Shown one piece after another: positions 44,801 through 60,927 of a DNA stretch of 64,000 nt; position 1 is the first letter of the stretch, and every line of letters starts with the position of its first letter. The stretch is from the human T2T-CHM13v2.0 reference genome, Homo sapiens, in assembly GCF_009914755.1 (NCBI RefSeq), contig NC_060933.1; one strand, 5' to 3'. The notes below the pieces were generated by a model. The model did not search any database. It worked only from the letters and a program-made list of their open reading frames with translations, and was not told where the DNA came from. The translations under genes were made by a program, and so were the position numbers.

Positions 44801-45405
44801 TCCCATATGCAGAGATGAGAAAGAACCAATGCAAGAACTACAGTAACTCAAATGGACAGAGCATCTTATGTCCTCCAAATAATCACACTAGTTCTCCAAC
44901 AAGGGTTCTTAACCAAAATGAGTTAGCTAAAATGACAGAAATATAATTCAGAATAGGGATAGAAAGGAATTCCATTGAGATTCAGGAAAACAGTAAAACC
45001 TAAACCAAGGAAACTAAGAATCACAATCAAAAGAGAGAAGAGTTGACAGCCAAATAGCCAGTATGAAAAAGAACCTAACGGACCTAGTAGATGTACACAC
45101 TACAAGAATTTCACAATGCAATCACAAGTATTAACAGCAGAATAGACCAAGCTGAGGACAGAATCTCAGGACTTGAAGACTGGCTCTCTGAAATAAGACA
45201 ATCAGACAAAAATAAAGAAAAAAGAATGAAGAGCAATGAACAAAACCTCCAAGAAATAGGGGGTGGTATAAAGAGGCCAAATCTAGGAATCACTTCCATC
45301 CTTTAAAGAGACAGGGAGAAAACAAACAACTTGGAAAATGTATTTCAGGATATAGTCTATGAAAGCTTCCACAATCTTGATAGAGAGATCACAAATCAAA
45401 TTCCC
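41825..45405 (+). mobile_element. Paralog of the old L1 5' portion
   Basis: Colinear with 1219-4808; ORF track 45091-45306 is ORF1-like. Confidence 0.85.
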
Positions 45406-48400
45406 TTGAAGTTCTACACCCAGATTGACCGGCTCTTCTCATTCCTAGTCTAGCACAATCCATAGAGGAAGGGATAAGTTAGGAGGTCCCGGGGAGGCTG
45501 GGCAGGCTGGAGGAAAGGGACATATCCAGACCCTTTCTCTTTCCCCATAGCTGTCCATTGCCCCAAGAGGACATGTCATGCCTGAAGCTGGGAGTATTTT
45601 CTCTCTCCACGATACAGAAGTTAAGGAAATGGGCTAATTCCAGTACCGTGATAGTTCTTTCTTGGGAAGAGCCTCTTTTTAGCTATGAAGATAAATATCC
45701 TGCCAGGAGGCCTACTTCTGCATTCACAGCCTGCTGTCCTCAGACTTGGCTGCTGTGTTGGTGCACTTTGACCAGTTGGTGGCTCTCTTTCCCTGTAAAT
45801 CTTGTAATAGTCTCAAAGTAGAATGGAACCTGCGTTTTATTTCCTTTTTTGCTAAGCTACTGTTATGTCATTGCAACAGCGACATTCCGTGTTTTACAGA
45901 AATATTCATCATAAGAAAGGAAAAAGAGTATTTTATAAAAAGAGCTTCTGAAAAACCTAGAACTTTCACTGACCTTCTGCTTTAATTTGTGATTTTGTGC
46001 TCTTAAGGGAAAAGTGATGGGTAAAACCCACAAGAGAACTGAAAACAGCTGTATGAAGAGGCAGTGCAGGCTAATGATGAGTGAAGAAGAGAGCACAGTG
46101 CGCATTTCTAGAGGAAGAGGAAGGAAACTAATGTGATATGGGAGTGAAAAAATGGGATACAGAAAAGCATGGAGGAAAGGGAAAAGTGTGTCAGCTCTCA
46201 GAACCAGCAAAGATGTATATTTTACTTAAGTTTAGGAGAGTAACTTCATATGGGAGTGTACTCTGGGATTCTGAGAGCCAGGAAACAAATGTTCCAGGTG
46301 CCAGAATCAGTTAACCATCAACACGTGTATTCTGCACTTCAATCTAGATGCTGCTCCTCTGTCAGGTATTTATAGAAGCCACCATTTCCTGACTAAGTGT
46401 AAGTAGGACTTTGAAATGAGGTGAGACAATTTTTCAGCCTCTTTAGAATTCATGATAGAATTCTGTTTTTTTAGGCTGCCAAAAAAATATATATGCAACC
46501 AGAATGGAATTTCAATGTAAAATAAGTTATTGTTATTTATACCTGATGTGTAAATTTTGAATTGGGATTTGCTTAATAATTATTAATCTCGTTTTTTCCT
46601 CATTTATACACAACCATCTCCTGCTCTCTGAATTTCCTTGGTTCATGTTGTATTTTCAGCTGATTTTGACCAACTTGCTCTCTCTCTTTCTTTCTTTTTT
46701 TTTTTTTTGATTTTGCTTTAAGTTCTGGAATACATGTGCAGAACCTGTAGATTTGTTACATAGGTATACATGTGCCATGGTGGTTTGCTGCACCTATCAA
46801 CTTGTCATCTAGGTTTTAAGCACAATTTTTAAAAATCCCATCTATCATTGATGGGCATTTGGGTTGGTTTTGTGTCTTTGCTATTGTAAATAGGGCTGCA
46901 GTAAACATACACGTGCATGTATTTTCATAATAGAATGACATATATTTCTTTGGGTATTACTCAGGAATGGGATTGCTGGGTCAAATGCTATTTCTGGTTC
47001 TAGATCCTTGATGAATTACCACAGTCTTCCACAATGGTTGAAGTAATTTACATTCCCACCAACAGTGTAAAAGCTTTCCTGTTTTTCCACAGCTTCACCA
47101 GCATCTGTTGTTTCCTGACTTTTTAATAATCACCATTCTGAGGGGCATGAGATGGTATCTCATTGGTGTTTTGATTTTCCTTTCTCTAATGATCAGTGAT
47201 GTTGAGCTTTTTTCATCTTTATGGGCCACATAAATGTCTCCTTTTGAGAAATGTCTGTTCATGTTTTGCCACTTTTTGATGTTTTTTTTTCTAAATTTGT
47301 TTAAGTTCTTTTTACATTCTGGATATTAGACCTCTGTCAATTGGATAGACTGCAAAAATTTTCTCCCGTTCTGTAGGTTGCCTGTTCGCTGTGATGACTG
47401 ATAATTTCGTTTGCTGTGCAGAAGCTCTTTAATTAGATGCCATTTGTCAATTTTAGCTTTAGATGCAGTTGCTTTTGGCAATTTCATCATAAAATCTTTG
47501 CCCATGCCTATGTCCTGAATGCTATTGCCTATGTTTTATTCTAGGGTTTTTATGGTTTTGGGTTTTACATTTAAGTCTTATATCCATCTTGAGTTAATTT
47601 TTGTATAAGATGTAAGGAAGGGTCCAGTTTCAGTTTTCTGCATATGGCTATCCAGTTTTCCCAGCACCATTTATTAAATAGGGAATCCTTTCCCCATTCC
47701 TAAAGTATTGAGAAAGAGATTCTCTTTTCCAGTTTCCAATTTTATTTTATGAAAGAAATGTGTCAGTTTTTACTGACATTTAACAGAGTATTAATCAAAA
47801 TAATGATCAATTACTATTGTAAATAATTTTACATTTTATGCTTTAAATATATAAAATATTAAATGTATTAATATGATTTATCAGTGCATCACATTTATGA
47901 AATTTATTCATTGACATGTATTTTCAAAAAGGAAACACTATGCAGATAAAAGATAATCCACATTTTTGGCGGGTCCAACTTATTACTTCCCTCCATTGCA
48001 AAGGCAGATCTTTCACAATTTTCTGTATGTGTTATCCTGATTTTTCTTTTCTCATTGATTCTTCTACCTACCCCAGTATGGCTTCTGCTGATTAATTCTA
48101 TCAATCCAGCTCTCAGTAATCTCTGCATTGCCATCTATTTTCTTCCTGTAGTGCTCAGTTTTAATTCACATTTTCTATAAGTCTATTGATTCTTTTTATA
48201 AGCATGTTTGTTTTCTAAATACACTTTTATCATCATTCCCTCTTCTCCTTCTAATATTGAGGTATTCCACCTCTGTTTTCTTTGTGTCTCTTCTGTTCCC
48301 ACACTTTAATGGTGGAAGGTCCTCAGAATCCAGTTTAAGTCTTTTTTCCCTCTCCACTTCCTCCCCACATGACAGCCTTCATTTTTGGCCTTTCCATTGC

Positions 48401-49216
48401 CAGTTATGAACTTCCAGATATCGTATTCCTTGGAAACTGCAAACTCATATATCTGACTGGCAATGTACATTTTCAATTACATGTTTGAAAGTCAGTTTAT
48501 CTCTACTTTTTTTTCCAGACATGTCTCAATCTACCTTGTGCTAAGAAGAATTCATTGCTTTTTTACTTCGTTACCATACAGCAGTTTGTATAACTGATAT
48601 TAATTCAGCATTATTATTGTTTTTAGATTTATTTCCTGACAAAAATCAAAGATACAAGAGAACAGGAGCTGTATTTTTTATATTCATGTTTACATCCTTA
48701 AGGCAACATATAACCTGGTATAGAAAATGTATTTTTCTATAACTTGAATAAAATTATGATAGGTAACTTGATTAAATCATCTATTTTGAAATCAGGTTGT
48801 ACAGTCAGGCTTGACGTTTTATCTTAAAAAATAACCAAACAAGAAATTTTGTATAGTAAAAATTTAATGAAAAAGGAAATTAATATATTGGCTAAATATG
48901 AAGAACATATTTGTTATATTAACCACAATGTAAAGGTACACATGATATTACATAAAAAATAATTTAAATAATAAAAATAGTTAAATAAATAAATATTTAA
49001 ATAAATAGATGAAAGGAGACATCAGCATGGTCATCTGTAAAGGACTAGTGCCTGCACAGGTATACATGATGCTTCTTTACACTCCTGAAAACATTTGAAA
49101 ATTTTGATTCAACTTGTGGTGGTTATAGGAGAAGTGAGTCTTTGAAATGGAAGAACTCATGAAAGTGTGAGATGATGTATTAGTCAATGAGAATCATTTC
49201 CATGATGAACCAGTTT

Positions 49217-49786
49217 TCAATCCTTCCTCCTTAATCTTTTTTGCAAGTTTGTTGAAAAAGAGAGGGATCTCATGATTTCTGCTCTGACAACCTCCCAGGC
49301 ACAAGGGCTGTATTTCTTCTCCATCAGATAAAGAGTGATTCTTTGGAAGTATTTCTTCACAGCCAGGATGGAGTCCTCATTCATCAGGGGAGTCTCTTCC
49401 ACCCCAACCTCCTGTATCACACAGGCTTCCAGGTCATTCATTTGCTGGAAAAGTTCAATGTAGAATTTTTCTAGGAGGGTCTCATCCCAAGCAGCAGATG
49501 AGTTCTTTGTGCTGAAGAGATTGAAGGTCTGCTGCATCATCTCATGGAGGACAGAGATGGCTTGAGCTTTCTGGAACTGGTTGCCATCAAATTCCTCCTG
49601 GGGAAATTCAAAGTCATGTCTGTCCTTCAGGCAGGAGAAAGGAGAGATTCTCCTCATTTGTGCCATGAGCATCAAAGTCCTCCTGTTATTCAGGCTGTGG
49701 GTTTGAGACAGATTACAGCCCAGAGAGCAGCTTGACTTGCAGCTGAGCACCACCAGGGCCATCATTAAAGCAAAGGGCAATGCCAT
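49217..49786 (-). CDS. IFNA14: Interferon alpha-14 precursor, 189 aa; start is the ATG at 49786, not 49876
   Basis: [23 protein letters not shown] signal peptide, mature [22 protein letters not shown]-glycosylation sequons NLS and NSS; 570 nt like the paralogs. Confidence 0.96.
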   Translation of the reverse strand: MALPFALMMALVVLSCKSSCSLGCNLSQTHSLNNRRTLMLMAQMRRISPFSCLKDRHDFEFPQEEFDGNQFQKAQAISVLHEMMQQTFNLFSTKNSSAAWDETLLEKFYIELFQQMNDLEACVIQEVGVEETPLMNEDSILAVKKYFQRITLYLMEKKYSPCAWEVVRAEIMRSLSFSTNLQKRLRRKD

Positions 49787-49881
49787 TGGGAATCCCGAAG
49801 ATGCTGCTGGGCTGGTTGATGAGGGGTAACACTGAACCTTGGGTTGTAGGTTTTCTGAAGACCTTGCTCTGTGCATAGGTC

Positions 49882-49960
49882 TTAAATAAGGAACATACTA
49901 GCTTCCATTTTCTGAACGTCTTCATGTTTTTTTCTACTTCTCTTTTGGCTTTCCTTTATG
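49882..49960 (-). promoter_or_regulatory. IFNA14 promoter: TATA and a divergent VRE-A
   Basis: Minus strand GGAAAGCCAAAAGAGAAGTAGAAAAAAAC...GAAAATGGAAGCT...TATTTAA; positionally homologous but diverged. Confidence 0.88.
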
Positions 49961-50188
49961 TCCTGTCTACATGGGTGTAGAGCAGTTTCTCAACCACTTT
50001 TATTTTCAGTATTACCTCATCTTTCCCTGCCCCATGGGCTTTTTAGAAATTTCTTTCTAATTCAAAGTCCCATTAAATTTTAATAACACAGACATACCAT
50101 ATATTTGTTGATATACTGTACATATCTATTTATAAGGAGTGTAAAGTTTAATCTTTTTATTTAACATAGTGTTAAGAATGACCAAATG

Positions 50189-50518
<330 letters not shown>

Positions 50519-52059
50519 CTAAAAGTTAATAGTTAAATTTAAAACCCATGGACATTTAACTCAATTTGTTTGTGTCTTTAAAATGATTTATTTACCTATA
50601 TAAATTGTAATGTGTCCAATTCCATCAGCAAATTAACAAATTATAAAAACACATAATAATACCTAATATTATAAAATACTTAAAAATCATTTAAAACTGC
50701 TAAAGACTACTAAAATTTAATTTTTTAACATTTACTTTTAGTCTAACTTAATTTTCTGTCATGTTAGAAAATGTTTAACTTCACTAGCTGCTAGATATTC
50801 ATCCAGATATTGTATAGATTTTTTTCTCTTCAGTGCTTGACATAATTATTGATGTATTGAGCACCTTTAGTAGAATTAAATAATAAAATATAAAGTATTT
50901 GCATTTAATTCTGAAAGCCCACAGCACAGTCAGAAATGCTAAGGATTAAACATAAGCAACATTCACAAGATGGCTAATGACAGCCCATATGTATACAGAG
51001 GCCACCTCAGATGTTATGACTTTGATGTCTAGTAAACCTTAGAAATTCCTCCAATCACAGCACCCATTTGACATAGGTTTGTAACGCTGATCTTATATAC
51101 CTTGTGTGTATCTTCCATGAACTCAATGTCAGTACTTTTCATGTGATACACAAGATAACCCAATGGAAAAAAAGTACTAAGGAATAAGGTTTTGTCAGAT
51201 AGAGTTGAGTTTTAGAGTGCTACCAATCACCGAAATACCCAAGATTTGTCAACACACTCAAAAATAACTTTTACACTTTTGGGAGCAATATCATACTGAA
51301 GGAGTATATGTAGTTAAGAAAAAGCCATTAATTTGATTAAACAAATTTTTGGCCCTAAAATTCAAATTTCCAAAGGACCTGCAGATGTTCCAATTCTAGT
51401 TGATTTTTATCAAACTAAAGGAAACCCTTTTTGTCCTAAATGTCCATAATGGGATGTAAATGTGATAACATAAATGTGTTGTACAATTGTTTCACATGCA
51501 GGACACCAGAAACCTTTATTTCTCATTTTCATTTTCATTTTTATTGAAAACAAAGGTTGTCACTTTTTGCATCCTAAAGAACTGGGACAAAAGAAACCCC
51601 AAAACAAATGTATATCTAAATGTGATAAAAATGTAAAAAGGAAGCAATATATTAATGGGAAAAAAACAAGGACAAAAAGCAACTTACGTACATTCAGCCC
51701 AGCCAAGTTGGAGATTAAGGAATGGGGAAGAACAGAAGCAGGAAAGTAGAACGGATGTAGATCAAAGGCAGCAAATGGGCATGGGCTAGAAGAAAAGTAA
51801 TCATTCCTGAACAAGGGTGTGTTTTCTGCTTTTCTGAATACAGCCTTCACAGAGAGTCATGGGACACACACCAACCGCTAGAGTTTATACACAAAAAAGG
51901 CAAATTTTAAAGACTACAGTATATTATCCACATAATGGGTAAGTGTTATTTCCCAAGCTCTCCCTTAATGTATACATAAACTCAAGAGGTCAATGTTTTT
52001 CTTATCATGTCTTTTAGAAGAAAGAAAGGAATCGATAATTTCAAAGGACACTTCTCCCA

Positions 52060-52311
52060 ACTTAATAATGTGTGTGTTTTCAAATTTTTGGATTTTAGCC
52101 TTTCTAATATGTATGTAGTGGTATCCCATTATTGTTTTAATGTGCAATTCCCTAATAATGTGTGATGCTGAGCATATTTTCATATGTTATTTGCCATCTT
52201 TGTATCTAGTTTGATTAGGAGTATATTCAGAGGTTTTGCCTAATTTCTAATTGGGTTGTTTGTTTTCTTATTGCTGAGTTTTAAGTATTCTTTGAATATA
52301 TATATATATAC

Positions 52312-52343
<32 letters not shown>

Positions 52344-53070
52344 TAATTTTTAATTTTTGTGGGTATATAGTAGATGTATATATTTAAGGGGTACATGAGA
52401 TATTTTGGTACAGGCATACAATGAGTAATAATTTCATCAGGGTAAATGGGGTACCCATCACCTGAAGCTTTTATCCTTCGTGTTACAAATAATCCAATTA
52501 TACTCTTTTAGTTATTTTTAAATGTACAATAAATTAGTGTTGACTATAGTCACAATGTTATGCTATCAAACTAGATCTTATTCATTTCTATATAATGGTA
52601 TTTTTGTATCCCTTAGCCTTTCCCTCTTTCCTCCTCCACTACCCTTCTCAGACTCTGGTTACTATCATTCTACTCACTATTTCCATGAGTTCAATTGTTT
52701 TAATTTTTAGCTCCTACAAGTGAGAACATGCGAAGTTTGTCTTTCTATGCCTGGCTTATTTCACTTAACACAATGACTTCCAGTTCCATCCATGTTATTG
52801 CAAATGATAGGATATCATTTTTTTAATGTGTCAATTGTACTCCATTGTATATGTGTATGTATTATTTGTATATTTTGGATAACAGCCATTTGTCAGATGT
52901 CTTTGCAAATATATTCTCCCAGTATGTGGCTTTTCAAATTCTCATGACAGTGTCTTTTGCAAAGCAGGAGTTTTAATTGTAATAAAATCCAATGTATCAC
53001 TTTTTTAAATGAATCATGCTTTTGGTATTTTATCTAAAGTTATCATCAAACACTAGGTCATCTAGATTTC
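52060..53070 (-). mobile_element. Old L1M fragments with a nested L1MA-type 3' end (about 52345-52860)
   Basis: ORF2-like IIRELHIKTIMGYHY; typical L1MA 3' UTR text. Confidence 0.75.
52297..52343. repeat. (TA)n-(TG)n microsatellite
   Basis: Direct reading. Confidence 0.95.
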
Positions 53071-53129
53071 CATGTTTTCAAAAGGACACATTTTTGAAAA
53101 ACATATCTTCTTTTCTTACTAGGTATGAC

Positions 53130-53720
53130 TCTTACAGTTGGTGCCAATATTCGTAATGCAAATCCTAGTTATATTCAGGTATAATGGGTGTGGGAATTTC
53201 AATTACAAAACCAACATTATCTTCATCCTTTTCACAGTACCATCTCACCTCAGAATACTGAGGTTTCACGTCTCTAGTGACACCCTCTGTTCTGAAGTGA
53301 CAAAATGTAGCTTGATTAATATGCATATAGCCATGTGTCCTGACCTCCAACTCTCCCTGACTCAACCCCCTTTGGTAGGGCATGGGTTAATTCTGTCAGT
53401 AAGATATTCCTTTATTGGGTAGTCTCAAGTGTCCCCAAAATAATCCCCCAACATTCTTCTCATTGCCTAAGCACTACTCCTATTTACCAAGTGTGAATAT
53501 AACTGAGAAAGTAGCTAACTGAGAAAGTAGCGAGATGTAACCTTCTCTCCTCCTGACCCAGGTGTCAAATAGTCTGACAGCCTACACATGATTCCAGCAA
53601 ACATTTTTTGTATTCCCATGCTCCCATTACCAGATATGCAATAAAGAATCTCAATTTATACCTCCACCCATGGCATTTATCATTAAATCTTGACCCACAT
53701 ACCCAACTGTCAATATGATT
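53130..53720 (-). mobile_element. Possible decayed ERVL/MaLR-type internal (protease region) fragment
   Basis: Weak minus-strand peptides PWVEV, LFDT-GS (frameshifted), PIIPEY resembling ERVL protease; by eye only. Confidence 0.3.
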
Positions 53721-55184
53721 TCTGTACTTTCATGTTTTCCAGGCACCTTAGAAAGGAAATTTATTATTTTTTTCCAGCATGATTCATACCTAAAATTTTT
53801 GTTATATAAACATCATTGTCCTTTACTTCTTTTTGTAGTATTTCATATAAGTGAAATTAAGTAAATATTAGTACAGCTTTTATATTTCTTTCTCTGTAAT
53901 AATTCAAGTTTCCACAAAGAAGGAAGTGTATTACCTTTATTCACCTGTGTTTCCTGACAGCAATTCCATAATATATCACTTTGCTGACAAATTTTTACAT
54001 ATGATATGAAGGGAATGAAAGAAAAAGTAAATGAATATTGTCATTCATTCTTCATTTGGGTTTAGAAAACCAGAATTTGGAATTTATTTTTAGAACAAAA
54101 AATCCAAAAATTTTTCTTTACTAAGAATGTATTAAATAATACTTTTTTTAATCAAATGAAAAGTTGAACATGTATTACACACTTTAGTACAATGTAAAAG
54201 TGAATATCTATTATAGGAAATAGACAAATATTAGAAATATGACAAGTTGCAAGAGTAAATATAAATAATATAGCAAAAATTTGTTCTAAGTAGGTGGGGG
54301 AAGTATTCAATTGCCATAATTTTAACTTTAGTAAGCAAATAATTTTTATTTTGAAAATTGTAGATTTTATTGGTCAACTCTTACTTTCATTCTTCAATAC
54401 TTAAAACTATTGAACACTTGCTTGATTTGACCTTTCTGAGCTGGCCACAGGGGTGTTAATAATGTTGATAATGTTGTCTCTTGTTGGCAACTAATATGAC
54501 AGAAACTAGGACTTTCAGTTGTTTATCCAGTTAGTGTTTTTCTTGGGGTTGTTTACCTGCATCTCTGCCTTACTCTGACAGTACAGGGCAAGTTAGGCTC
54601 CAGACTATTCTGTCAGGAAGAAATAGGCTTCTTTCCTTTATTGGTTTGTGGTTTTTTGTTTTAAATTTGCTTCTTTGCACATAGTGATTTTCTGGACAAG
54701 GTTTGTCTTGCTGTTTCTGCATTACATTATAATTCATGATGAAGTAACAAAAATTAAGAGAAGTAAAAGTGAGGCAAAGGGGCCACATTGTTTTTTTCTA
54801 TAATTTCCATGATTTCATTTTTTTTTCTCATTTCCACTTTCCTAGAAAGCAAAACTTGATAGTAGTTTGTGGTTTACAGAAAAGTACAATGTCATGAAAG
54901 TGGAAGAAGAGAAGTGACTTTCTGATGACACAATCACCAAGTATAAATTAGCAAAATATAACGCAGCAAAATTGGAGACTGGGGTTCTGGCAGAGGGCAC
55001 GAATGAAGGCCCATATTGAGGTACACAAAGGCAGGGAAATTGCTGCTTCTCCAAGAGGCTCAGAGAAGAGCAACTTCTGAAGCCATGAACTGCTCTCAGC
55101 TTTGCAAGACCAGCCACCTGACTTTTCTGTGAATTAATACACATTTAAAAACATTTCTTGCATTGTATTATAGTACACATTTAA

Positions 55185-55430
55185 AATTTTTATTGATACA
55201 TAATAGTTGTACATATATATGGGGTACATGTGCTATTATGATAATGCATAGGATATACAATGATTAAGTCAGGGTATTTAAGATATCCATCACCTTTAGA
55301 ATTTATCATTTTTTTTGTGTGTTGGGAACATTTCAAATCCTCTCTTCTAGCTATTTAGAAATGTATAATACATTGTTGTTAACTTTAAATACTGTACCAT
55401 TGAATGCTAGAACTTGTTCTTTTCCTCTAT
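55185..55430 (-). mobile_element. L1MA-type 3' end fragment
   Basis: ttttattgatacataatagttgtacat...gtacatgtg...caaatcctctcttctagctattt. Confidence 0.7.
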
Positions 55431-56605
55431 GTGTCCACATATAATCAGCTCTGAGGAGAAAAGGGAAGAGTGACACCAACCACCTCCTAAGAGATGGGCA
55501 ACAAGACTTCAGTTGCTGCAACACCAATCCTCTTAGGCAGGATAATGGATGTTAGTCTCGCCTGAGCACTCTACCTAGTTAATAAATCTGCTCAGGCAAT
55601 GAAAAGATTACTTGTGGAAATGCAGAATTAAAAGAGAGGGAATTAGATGCACCCAAAAGATTCTGCGCTTAATCTGGATTGTAATAATAATCATGATTTG
55701 AAAATATGACATTTAGTTTTATTGCATGCTTAGTATGGATCATCCACTGTTGTAAGGTCTTTAAAAATACTAACTCAGGCCTAGGACGTGGGCACAAAGC
55801 TGCTTTGCTAGCCTGGGGATGAGCCTGAGAGAGGCAGCCCGAGGGGTGTTTTTCAGGCCCAGGGCCCAGGTGCAGGTCATTTACCCTGGTATGGAGGAAG
55901 TCAAATTGTCTCTGTTTGCAGACTGCATGATCTTATATATAGCAAAACCTGAAGATTGTACCAAAGAATCCTTAGAACTGATAAATTAAGTACGTTTGCA
56001 AGATATAAAATTAATGTACAAAAATCAGTAGTGTTTCTACACATGAAAAACTAGTTGAAAGAGAAATCAAGAAGCCATTCCATTTTCAGTAGCTACAAAA
56101 AAAAAAAAGAGTAATAAAATGGCTAGGAATAAATTTACCAAGGAGGTGAAAGACCTCTACAAAGAAAACTACAAAATACAAATGAAAAAAATGGAAGAGG
56201 ATACAAACAAATAGAAATACATCCCATGCTCGTGGATTGAAATAATTGATATTGTTAAAATGAGAATACTACACAAAGCAATCAACAGATTCAGTGTAAT
56301 CCCTACCCAAATACCAATGACATCTTCACAGAAACAGAAAAAAAGTTCTAAAATTTGTATGGAACCAGAAAAGACCCCAAATAGCCGAAACAGTCAAAAA
56401 AAAAAAAAAAAAAAAAGAAACAAAACAAAACAAAAAAACCAAGCTGGAACTATCACACTATCACACACTACTGGGCCTCAAAATAGACTAAAAAGCTGTA
56501 GTAACCAAAGCAGCATGGTACTAGCATTAAGAACTGACACATAGACCAATGGAACAGAATCAAGAAAACATAAATTAATTCACGAATCTACAACAACTAA
56601 TTTCT

Positions 56606-57663
<1,058 letters not shown>

Positions 57664-57831
57664 CTAAGGTGCCAGAAACATTCACTAGGGAAAAGATAAT
57701 ATTTTCAATAAATGGTGCTGGGAAAACTGGATATCCATATGCAAAAGAATGAAACTAGGCCCCTGCTTCTCACCCTATACAAAAATCAACTCAAAATAGA
57801 ACAGAGACATAAATCCAATGCCTGAAACTTT

Positions 57832-58131
<300 letters not shown>

Positions 58132-60589
58132 CAATACCTGAAACTTTAAAAGTACTAGAAGAAAACATAAGAGAAGTCTGGGAAAAAGTTTTATGAATAA
58201 GACCACAATAGTACAGGAAACAAATACAAAACTAAACAAGTCACAACAAAAACAAAAATAAACAAACTGCAACAAAAACAAAAATAAACAAATTGGATTA
58301 TATCAAACTAAATTTTTTAACAACAAAAGAAATAATAGAGTGAAAACAATCTATAGAATGGGAGAAAATATTTTGAAACTACTCAACCAACAGGGAATTA
58401 GTATACAGAATATGCAAGGAACTCAAACAACTCAAGAGCAAAAAAGTAATAATAATGTGATTAGAAAATGGGCAAATGATCTGAACAGACATTTCTCAAA
58501 AATAGATATAGATATGGCCAACAAATATATGAAAAACTGCTCAACATCACTGTCATCAGGGAAATGGAAATCAAAACCACACTGAGTTATCATTGCATCT
58601 TAGTTAGAATGCCCATTATTCAAAAGACAATGTTAAAAATGCTGGTGTGGATATAGAGAAAAGAGAACTCTAAACTACCTCAGCCAATGTGGAGAACAGT
58701 ATGGAGGTTTCTCAAAAAGCGAGAAATAGAACAACCATATGATCCAGCAATCCCAGTACTGGCCATTTATCCAAAGGAAAGAGAATTATTATATCTAAGA
58801 GACATCTGCACCCCCGTATTTATTGTAACATTATTCACGATAGCCAAGATACGGAATCAGCTGAGTTCTCCAACAACAGATGACTGGATAAACAAAATGT
58901 GGTATACGTATACATACACAATGACATACTATTCAGCCATAAAAAAAATAAAATCCTATCACTCGTGGCAACATGGATGGAACTGGAGAATATTATGCTA
59001 AGAGAAATAAGCCAGAAACAGAAAGTTAAATACTGCATGTTTTCACTCATATCTGGAAGCTAAAATAAAAATTGATCTCATAAAAGTAAAAAGTAGAACA
59101 GAGGATACTTGAGGGTAGGAAGGGTTGGAGGAAGAGACGAATTGGAGAGATTTATTAAAAGATACTAAATTATAGCTATGTAGGAGGTTAAGGTCTAGTT
59201 TTATATACCATTGTAGGATATAGTTAACAATAATATATTATATAGTTGTTAATAGCTAGAAGGAGGACAGTGACTGTTCCCTTCACAAAGAAATAATAAA
59301 TGTTTGAGATCATGAATAAGCCAATTAACAAAATCTAATTATTTCACATTATGAATATGGAAATCTCACCGTGTATTCCATGAATATATACTATTGTTAT
59401 TTATCAATTCAAATATAAAAAAAACAAAAAAAGTTCAATACTTTCAACAAACCTATTTGTATTATGCTCCTTATATAACTCTTTGGAGAGGAATAACAAT
59501 CTGGAAGGATGAACTATTCTGAACATACCAATGATCCAAGGTCAAAACCTTATGGAGAGTTGAGCTAATTGGTTTGTATGAAAGGGCATGTTACATAAGT
59601 GAAGAATAGATATGGGACCAATGTACAGGAGCAACAGTGGTGTTTTATACGTGAATTTAACTGATTGGCTTTATATTCTAGGTAGGCAAAATATTGTTTA
59701 AATAGCTATAAGCAAGGATTTTTTTCTCCCAATTGAAAGACAAAGTCTAAGGTTTAATGTGTAGTTTCATCAAAGAAATACAGGAAAATAACTATTAACT
59801 TACCAAGTGAAAGCCTATTTATTTTTAATTCTCGAGATTTTTTGTGAGTTTAAGAATAAACAAAAAGCACCTAACAATTTTCGGTTTGCTGCTAGTGGAG
59901 CCTTATGGGATCTGTCTTATCTCCTTCAGGACCTCACTAAATCTACAGGAGAGCTTCTTCAGGCTAGCCTACTGTTCTCATTCCTAAAGGTGACAGCACT
60001 GTTTCTTACCTCCAGCCCAGACTGAACTTCATCTTGTGTACTGATAGAGTCTTGTGAAGAATCTCTTATCCTCTGTCTTTCCAACAAGTGGTTGAGTTTT
60101 GAGTGCTGAAAAAACGTTTTGTCAGATGGAAGAATATTATGCAGTTCCTATACAGAAGAAGTGAGGGCTTTTGAAGAGGTGATTACCAAAGACAGTCTGG
60201 CTGTAACTCCAAACTTAGTTCAGCTGCCCAACATGGTTGATTTTATTTAATTTCTAGCCTGATCCAATTAAAAGCCATGAAATACAACTTAGCAATGAAA
60301 TAAATATAGCATTAAAATCAGCAGTAATTGACAAAGTGATAAAAGCATTAGTATTTTTTATCAGAAATAAAGGATGATCTTTGCTTGTCTTTTGGACTTG
60401 AATCCTCAGAAAGTGTACAAATCCTAACTTTGAATGTGCCTATTGAGTATAGAATACACTGACTGGAAAAAAGAAAAAAGAAAAAAGAAGAAAGAGAACT
60501 GACCCACCAATGCCTCTTTTCAATTAATGAAGTTAAATAAATACAATTCGGCAAAGATCTTTGCTGCCTTTAGAAGCTGTGATTCTTCA

Positions 60590-60927
<338 letters not shown>

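Noticed and set aside
49787-49876. 30-aa N-terminal extension of IFNA14 (219-aa ORF)
   Set aside because: The ATG lies 6 nt from the TATTTAA box, upstream of the expected transcription start; the same ATG exists in the paralogs without an in-frame extension.
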